From positions 926,704 through 990,703 of the forward strand of contig QCMW01000001.1 of the NCBI GenBank assembly GCA_003213495.1: a DNA stretch of 64,000 nt, given 5' to 3'. This document shows positions 57,847 through 64,000 of the stretch, piece after piece. Made by a program: the position numbers and the translations under genes. Source of the stretch: SAR86 cluster bacterium AG-422-O05. Lineage in GTDB: Bacteria > Pseudomonadota > Gammaproteobacteria > Magnimaribacterales > D2472. The notes below the pieces were generated by a model. That model had not been told where the DNA came from and ran no database searches. It was given only the letters and a program-made list of their open reading frames with translations. Each line of letters opens with the position of its first letter. Within the stretch, counting starts at the first letter, position 1.

Positions 57847-59041
57847 ATTATTTTTTATTTTAATTTTTTCATTATCACTATCTGTTTCGTCTGAAGAGAC
57901 TATTAGCAGATGGATGGCAGATTATTTTAAAAGGATTCATGATCATATAGGTAATGAAAACTATGATAAGGCCGAAAAAGAACTTGAAATGGGAGATCAA
58001 AATTATTTTAGAGGTGGGAGAACTTATGAAGCTGCTTTGCTATACCAACTATATGGTCAATTCTATGCCGTACAAAGCCAATATACAAATGCAATACCGT
58101 GGTTTGAAAAAGCACTAGCTACCGGAAAAATGCCAAGAATTGGGCAACAGGAAGTAAGATTCCAATTGGCTCAAACTTATTTCATGATAGGAAAGTATGA
58201 GAATGTTATTCCGCTTTTAGAAGAATTTATTGCTGTTGGTGAAAAATATAAATATCCAGTTTCAGCGAGAGTAAACCTTTTAATGTCATATTCACATGGT
58301 AGATTAGATCAGTACGAACCTTCTTATTACCACATACAAATTGCGAATAAAAAATCAGATAAACCTCAGATTGATTGGATTGAATATGCATTCAGTTTAG
58401 CTATGAAGCTTGAAAATCTAGAAGATGCAGAAGATCTTGGCACAAGATTATTGTATTTAGAGCCAAATAAGAAAAAATATTGGAATCAGGTTAGTGCTTT
58501 ATATTTTGCAAAAGAATTTGAATTAGATTCATTAGCTGCGCTTGAATTAGGTTACGAAAATAATACGTTAGATAAAGAAGCTGATTATTTGCTTCTCGCA
58601 AAATATTATTTATATCAAAAATCTCCTCTTAAAAGCATCATGGTCATTAACGATGGAATTAAGAAAAAAATTATTAAAGAAAATGAAGAAAATTTAAAGC
58701 TATTATCTAGTTCTTATTTTTATTCAAGAGATTTAGAAAATGGAATAAAAATTCTTGTAAAAGCTGAAAAGATTTCTGATGATCCGGATTTGTCTTTTAG
58801 ACTAGGTACTTATGCATTCGACAACGAGCAGTACAAATTGGCTATTTCTTCATTCAATATTGCTAAGAATAGAGGATGGGATGATATTCCAGGGAGAATT
58901 GAGTTAATTAAAGGTATATCATATTTTGAATTAGAGGAAATTGATAAAGCTAAAGAGAATTTAATTCTTGCTTCAAGCTTTGATGATACAAAAGATACAG
59001 CTGAGGGATGGCTATCCTATATAAAACAATTTGAACTTTAA
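57839..59041 (+). CDS. TPR-repeat protein (TtpD-like, last gene of the TonB2-type cluster)
   Basis: The ORF track starts at TTG 57824. ATG at 57839 yields the signal peptide MRKLFFILIFSLSLSVSS. TPR-like helical repeats run throughout. Confidence 0.6.
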   Translation: MRKLFFILIFSLSLSVSSEETISRWMADYFKRIHDHIGNENYDKAEKELEMGDQNYFRGGRTYEAALLYQLYGQFYAVQSQYTNAIPWFEKALATGKMPRIGQQEVRFQLAQTYFMIGKYENVIPLLEEFIAVGEKYKYPVSARVNLLMSYSHGRLDQYEPSYYHIQIANKKSDKPQIDWIEYAFSLAMKLENLEDAEDLGTRLLYLEPNKKKYWNQVSALYFAKEFELDSLAALELGYENNTLDKEADYLLLAKYYLYQKSPLKSIMVINDGIKKKIIKENEENLKLLSSSYFYSRDLENGIKILVKAEKISDDPDLSFRLGTYAFDNEQYKLAISSFNIAKNRGWDDIPGRIELIKGISYFELEEIDKAKENLILASSFDDTKDTAEGWLSYIKQFEL

Positions 59042-59079
59042 TTACCTGAATTTCAAAAAAATTAATTTGTCTAATAAAC

Positions 59080-59757
59080 ATGATTATTAAAACAGAAGCA
59101 TTAACAAAGCACTATCAAGTTGGAAGTGAGAAAGTTGAAGCCTTGAAAGGTATAACTTTTTCTGTTGAAAGAGGTGAGTTTATATCAATTATGGGACCAT
59201 CAGGCTCAGGAAAAACAACCTTAATGAATATTATTGGATGTCTAGATACACCAACAAATGGAACATATTTTTTAAACAATAAACCTGTCAGTGAGCTAAC
59301 TGATGATGAGTTAGCACATATAAGAAATGATGAGATTGGTTTTGTTTTTCAATCATTTCATTTACTGGCAAGAAATTCTGCATTAGAAAATGTTATGTTG
59401 CCATTAAAGTATGCTGGTGAAAATAAAAAAAATGCCATCATTAGATCAAATGAAGCGCTTGATAAAGTTGGTTTATCAGATAGGTCAAGTCACTCGCCTT
59501 CAGAATTGTCAGGTGGTCAGCAACAGAGAGTAGCTATAGCAAGAGCTTTAGTGAATAAGCCAAGTATCTTATTTGCAGACGAGCCAACAGGCAATCTTGA
59601 TTCAAAAACAGGTGAAGATGTTATGAATTTATTCAAAGAATTAAATGACAACGGTCAAACTATAATACTTATTACACATGAGGATAGTATTGCACAACAG
59701 TCTAAAAGAATTATAACTATTATGGATGGTCTGATAAAATCTGATATAAAGGAATGA
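59080..59757 (+). CDS. ABC transporter ATP-binding protein (MacB/LolD type)
   Basis: 225 aa. Walker A GPSGSGKTT, signature LSGGQQQRVAIARAL, Walker B ILFADEPTGNLD. Confidence 0.9.
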   Translation: MIIKTEALTKHYQVGSEKVEALKGITFSVERGEFISIMGPSGSGKTTLMNIIGCLDTPTNGTYFLNNKPVSELTDDELAHIRNDEIGFVFQSFHLLARNSALENVMLPLKYAGENKKNAIIRSNEALDKVGLSDRSSHSPSELSGGQQQRVAIARALVNKPSILFADEPTGNLDSKTGEDVMNLFKELNDNGQTIILITHEDSIAQQSKRIITIMDGLIKSDIKE

Positions 59758-59758
59758 C

Positions 59759-60949
59759 ATGAAAAAATATATATATGCTATCTCAATAGTTTTATTCTTG
59801 TACGGTTGTGGCGGTTCATCTGATTCAAAAGAAACTCAGTTTTACAAAAAAGAAGAGACAGCTTCACAAACATTGGAGGTATCAATAGAGGCTTCAGGTG
59901 TTATTGAGGCAATATCATCTGTTGAAATAAAATCTAAGGCATCAGGTGAGGTTTTGTTCTTAGGCGCTGAAATTGGTGATTTTGTTGAAAGGGGGTTTAC
60001 TCTAGCTCAAATTGATCAAAGGACAGCTAATAATATTGTTGATCAGACGCAATCAGATTTAGAGGCTGCAAAAGTTAGATTAACTAACGCTGAGGCACAA
60101 TACGAAAGAGGTCTCGAGTTACATGCGAATTCGAGTATTTCAGATAAAGATTTTGAAGATATTAAAGAAAGTTATGCTCAAGCTAAGTCTACACTAGTGA
60201 GAACTGAAGTTTCTTTTGAAAACGCAAAAATCTCTTTAGATGATACTCTTGTAAAATCACCAATAAGCGGTACTGTAATATCAAGACCTGTTGAAGTAGG
60301 TCAGGTTATATCGTCACCTACATCTGCTTTTGGTGAGGGAAGTATCATAATGACAATGGCAGACTTGTCTAAAGTTCGTGTCAGAGCTTTGGTTGATGAA
60401 ATTGATGTTGGTAAAGTAGAAATTGGACAAAGAGTTTCTATTAAAGTTGCTGCGTATCGTGATAAAGAGTTTATAGGCACCGTATCGAAAATAGAACCAA
60501 AAGCATACATTCAACAAAATGTAACAACATTTCCTGTATTAATTGATATTAATAATAAAGATAATCTTTTATTAATTGGTATGAACACTGATGTCGTTAT
60601 TCAAATATTAAATAAAGATGTTGCGTTAAGTGTTCCAACAATGTCTTTAAGAACACGAAAAGATATATACACTGCCACAGCAGTTCTAGATATAGATAAA
60701 GAAAGTATTGATAGTTTTCTTCTGGAGAAAATGTCTGGAGAAAATTTTAATACATTTATCGTTATTAAAGACACAAGAAAAGGTCCGATTCTTTCGTGGG
60801 TCAAAGTTGGAGTATCAGACTTATATAATGTAGAAATAGTTAATGGTCTCAACAAGGGCGATGTTGTATATATACTACCAAGTAAAAGTCTTTTTGATTA
60901 TCAAGAACGATTTAAAGAAAGAGTAAGTGGTACCTTTAGTTTCGGATAA
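59759..60949 (+). CDS. periplasmic adaptor (membrane-fusion) lipoprotein, HlyD/MacA family
   Basis: 396 aa. Lipobox LYGCGG, biotinyl-lipoyl-like hairpin (SGEV.FL....GD.V..G..LA.ID), a coiled-coil region, then SPISGTV. Confidence 0.8.
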   Translation: MKKYIYAISIVLFLYGCGGSSDSKETQFYKKEETASQTLEVSIEASGVIEAISSVEIKSKASGEVLFLGAEIGDFVERGFTLAQIDQRTANNIVDQTQSDLEAAKVRLTNAEAQYERGLELHANSSISDKDFEDIKESYAQAKSTLVRTEVSFENAKISLDDTLVKSPISGTVISRPVEVGQVISSPTSAFGEGSIIMTMADLSKVRVRALVDEIDVGKVEIGQRVSIKVAAYRDKEFIGTVSKIEPKAYIQQNVTTFPVLIDINNKDNLLLIGMNTDVVIQILNKDVALSVPTMSLRTRKDIYTATAVLDIDKESIDSFLLEKMSGENFNTFIVIKDTRKGPILSWVKVGVSDLYNVEIVNGLNKGDVVYILPSKSLFDYQERFKERVSGTFSFG

Positions 60950-62157
60950 TGCTGGTTGAAGAGTCAATAAGATCTGCTATATCTTCCATAAAAACTAATG
61001 GAGTAAGATCTTTTTTAACCGCTTTGGCAATAATAATTGGTACTGCTGCCGTAATATCAGTTATAGGTATAGGTTCATCAGCAGAGAAGGCTTTAGAGGC
61101 CAGTATTGATGATCTAGGGCCTAGAACTCTTTCAATTTTTCCGAGCCAAAGAAAAAGAGGAGGAATAGCTTCAGGCTTTAATCCACTTGTAATAAAAGAT
61201 GCTGAGGCACTGGCTAAAAATAATGAACATAATTGGCTAATAGCACCTGCAATGTCAGGTAATAGACAAATAAAATACAAAAATTCAAATATGAATGGTG
61301 AAATCAATGGATACTTGCCAGTTAATTTTGAAGTTAGGGGTTTTGATATTGGAAGTGGAAGATTATTTACTGAAAAAGAAAATCTTGGCCGTAAAAGGGT
61401 TATTATTTTAGGCTCCAAAGTTCCCGGAGAACTTAAAACATCTGCTAGGGAAATATTAAATAAAGATATTTTAATTGCAGGTACCTCTTACACAGTTATT
61501 GGTGTATTAAAAGAGGAAGGTTCAACTGGATGGCAAAACCCAGATGACGATTTATATGTACCACTTTTAACTGCAGCGCAAAGAATATTTGGTACAGATC
61601 GATTAGGATGGATTAATGTTGGTATTTCGAATGACACCAATGTTGATTATGTAATGATGACAATCGAACAAATTCTTCGACAAAAGCATGATATTGGTCC
61701 TGGTGGTGAAAATGATTTTCGTATTAACGATTGGAGTCAGTTTTCAGATCTCAGAAGGCAAGCTACAGGTATTTTTACTGCTTTGATTGCAGGAATAGCT
61801 GGTATTAGTTTAATAGTTGGAGGAATTGGCGTAATGAATATTATGTTAGTTTCAGTAACAGAGCGTACTCGTGAGATTGGTCTTAGAAAAGCATTAGGAG
61901 CAACTCAAAAATCAATAATGATGCAATTCATAATTGAGGCAGTTCTTTTATGTATTCTTGGTGGCTTGTTAGGTATTTTCATTGGGGTCTCGTTGTTGTA
62001 TCTCTTTACTTCACTGAATGACTGGATTTTTTATATGCCATTAAGTGCAGTATTTGGTTCTATTACATTTTGCGCTTTAGTGGGATTATTTTTTGGTATA
62101 TGGCCAGCAAAAAGAGCAGCAAAATTAGATCCAGCTGTTTCTTTGCGATATGAATAA
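60949..62157 (+). CDS. ABC transporter permease, MacB-like (periplasmic core domain + FtsX)
   Basis: 402 aa. N-terminal TM helix, periplasmic domain, and a C-terminal FtsX block (GGIGVMNIMLVSVTERTREIGLRKALGA). Confidence 0.85.
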   Translation: MLVEESIRSAISSIKTNGVRSFLTALAIIIGTAAVISVIGIGSSAEKALEASIDDLGPRTLSIFPSQRKRGGIASGFNPLVIKDAEALAKNNEHNWLIAPAMSGNRQIKYKNSNMNGEINGYLPVNFEVRGFDIGSGRLFTEKENLGRKRVIILGSKVPGELKTSAREILNKDILIAGTSYTVIGVLKEEGSTGWQNPDDDLYVPLLTAAQRIFGTDRLGWINVGISNDTNVDYVMMTIEQILRQKHDIGPGGENDFRINDWSQFSDLRRQATGIFTALIAGIAGISLIVGGIGVMNIMLVSVTERTREIGLRKALGATQKSIMMQFIIEAVLLCILGGLLGIFIGVSLLYLFTSLNDWIFYMPLSAVFGSITFCALVGLFFGIWPAKRAAKLDPAVSLRYE

Positions 62158-63250
62158 TCTAAAAGTAATTCAATTATTACCAGAACTTAATATAGGTGGT
62201 GTTGAGAGAGGTACAAAAGATTTTTCTAAGTTTTTAATAGAAAACGGTCATGAATCTATTGTTATTTCTAATGGCGGTATTTTTGAAAATGATATCGTTA
62301 ATCATGGCGCTAAACATATTTCCCTACCAATACATAAGAAAAGCTTATTTTCTTATTTTTTATCAAATAAATTAAAAACAATATACGAAAAAGAAAAACC
62401 AGATATTGTCCATGTAAGGTCAAGAATGCCAGCATGGATAAATTATTTCGCATTTAAAAAATTAACAAAAAAACCTATTTTAGTTTCAACTTTTCATGGT
62501 TTATATAGCACACCTATCTATAGTCAAGTTATGTCAAAAGTAGATCATGTGATTGCTATCTCTAATACAGTTAAAGATTACATTCTAAATACTTACAACG
62601 TTCCTAAAGATAAGATAACAACAATTCCAAGAGGCTGTGAGGAAGATGTCTTTAATCAAGATATTTTACCTGATAGTTGGCTAGATAATTGGTATGAAGA
62701 ATATCCTTATACAAAAGATAAGATTATTTTAACTCTCCCAACAAGAATTTCTGCTTGGAAAGGCATAGATAGCTTTATTGAGTTAATTGCAATGTTAGAT
62801 GATGACAGGTTTCATGGTCTTGTTGTTGGTCCAACTTCTAAATCAAAACAAAGATATCTAAATAACTTAAAAGATAAGATTTCTGCACTTGGTCTAACGA
62901 CTAGGATAACTTTCACAGGCTCAAGAAATGATATTGTAAATATTTATAAATTGTCAGATGTCGTATTTAATCTATCAATTAAACCTGAGCCATTTGGAAG
63001 AACAACTATTGAGGCAATTAGCTGTGGCTCAAAAGTAATTGGTTGGAATCATGGCGGTACCAAAGAAATACTTGAGGATCTTTATCCATCTGGTTTGGTT
63101 ACCTTAAATGATATAAATGAGCTCAAAGATAGAGTTTTAGAAGTATCAAAAGTTGATTATCCATATCCAAACAAAAATACCTTTACATCAAAAAAAATGA
63201 CTGAAGATACTCTTAAATTGTATTATCAACTATTTAATAGATCTTCATAA
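62150..63250 (+). CDS. glycosyltransferase family 4
   Basis: 366 aa. N-terminal LPELNIGGVERG, PDIVHVRS, and a C-terminal E...FGRT.IEA...G..VI motif. Confidence 0.75.
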   Translation: MNNLKVIQLLPELNIGGVERGTKDFSKFLIENGHESIVISNGGIFENDIVNHGAKHISLPIHKKSLFSYFLSNKLKTIYEKEKPDIVHVRSRMPAWINYFAFKKLTKKPILVSTFHGLYSTPIYSQVMSKVDHVIAISNTVKDYILNTYNVPKDKITTIPRGCEEDVFNQDILPDSWLDNWYEEYPYTKDKIILTLPTRISAWKGIDSFIELIAMLDDDRFHGLVVGPTSKSKQRYLNNLKDKISALGLTTRITFTGSRNDIVNIYKLSDVVFNLSIKPEPFGRTTIEAISCGSKVIGWNHGGTKEILEDLYPSGLVTLNDINELKDRVLEVSKVDYPYPNKNTFTSKKMTEDTLKLYYQLFNRSS

Positions 63251-64000
63251 ACACTTACAGTCTGTAAAGTTTTTTCCTCTAGAGAAAACTCTTCCTTCAC
63301 ATATTCAAAAATTGTATCTTGATTTAATAAATTAATATCATCAACATATTCTTCAAGTAATTTTGTCAATGAAGCTAAATTATTTTTTTCAGCTAGAATA
63401 TCATTCGGAAAAATTTGATTCATATGCCCAACATTTGTGGACAGAACAGGTATTTTTAAATATAAAGCTTCAAGAGCTACTCTTGGACCACCTTCATCGA
63501 TTGATGAAATTATCAAAACCGAAGCTTTGCTGTAGTAATCATTTAGTTTATCGGATTTAACTTCATCAATTATTTTAATTTTTTTTGTAAGATTATATTG
63601 CTCAATCAGTTTTATAAGGCTATCTTTTTCTTGCCCTGATCCAATAATTACCAAGTTAGTTTTAATATTTCTCCATGAGGAAATTAATAGATCAAAACCT
63701 TTAACTTTCTCAAGCCTTCCCACGGCTAGGGCAAATTCTTTTGTATTAGATTTAATCTTTTTAAGATCTGGTTGCCACCAATTAGTAATCATTTTTTTCT
63801 TGGTATTTATACCTGAAAGAGCATTTTCACTTACACCAATTACAAAATCTGCACATTCGTAAACTTTACTATTCTTTTTTATACCATGAACTGTAGCCAC
63901 ATGTTTATAGGCATTATTATTTATTGATTTAATAATTGATGTTGTTTTACTTCCATGAGTATGGACTATGTCAGGACTAATTCTATTTATTAATTTTTTA
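63226..64000 (-). CDS. glycosyltransferase family 4 (5' end lies beyond the window)
   Basis: The frame stays open upstream of the ORF-track start at 63900 all the way to the window edge. The hand translation continues ...NRISPDIVHTHGSKTTSIIKSINNNAYKHVATVHG, a typical GT4 N-domain, so the track's start is an artefact. The C-terminal domain has SSIDEGGPRVALEALYLKIPV. Confidence 0.7.
   Translation of the reverse strand, partial: KKLINRISPDIVHTHGSKTTSIIKSINNNAYKHVATVHGIKKNSKVYECADFVIGVSENALSGINTKKKMITNWWQPDLKKIKSNTKEFALAVGRLEKVKGFDLLISSWRNIKTNLVIIGSGQEKDSLIKLIEQYNLTKKIKIIDEVKSDKLNDYYSKASVLIISSIDEGGPRVALEALYLKIPVLSTNVGHMNQIFPNDILAEKNNLASLTKLLEEYVDDINLLNQDTIFEYVKEEFSLEEKTLQTVSVYEDLLNS

Noticed and set aside
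60936-61418. 160-aa minus-strand ORF overlapping the start of the MacB-like permease
   Set aside because: The plus-strand frame encodes a collinear MacB/FtsX permease with start coupling to the adaptor gene. The antisense ORF has no recognisable features.

Overview
AT-rich (roughly one-third G+C by eye, not computed), very gene-dense chromosomal segment. The core synteny is gammaproteobacterial: tRNA-His, then tig-clpP-clpX-lon-hupB-ppiD, and mltD-gloB next to rnhA-dnaQ-gltX. Gene overlaps are frequent, several convergent gene pairs share stop-codon bases, and divergent intergenic regions are only 22-60 bp. Together with three large TonB-dependent receptors in about 33 kb, this suggests a streamlined marine heterotroph (SAR86-like lifestyle); that assignment is inference only. 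Other content: 4 tRNAs (Pro-UGG, Arg-UCU, His-GUG, Ala-GGC); an Opp/Dpp-type ABC importer lacking ATPase genes; a DASS transporter coupled to gamma-glutamyltransferase; a fabI-methyltransferase-thiolase-like-M20 peptidase operon; a Vibrio 'TonB2'-type six-gene energiser cluster directly after a TonB-dependent receptor; a MacAB-like ABC exporter; and glycosyltransferases at the right edge. I saw no CRISPR array, IS element, transposase, integrase or rRNA. The clearest accessory region is about 38.1-42.05 kb, on both sides of tRNA-Ala. One side is an islet of tiny hypothetical ORFs with repeated CTAG-containing motifs and hairpins. The other side is my best candidate for an undescribed system: a minus-strand three-gene operon of a very divergent ECF-like sigma factor, an anti-sigma-like single-pass protein with a FimV/LysM-like periplasmic motif, and an unknown membrane protein. 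It carries three copies of one ECF-type promoter motif (TGTAAC-N16-CGTTAAGTA), two in tandem before the sigma gene and one before the third gene. All family calls rest on motif recognition by eye. Coordinates of non-ORF features were counted by hand and could be off by 1-2 nt.
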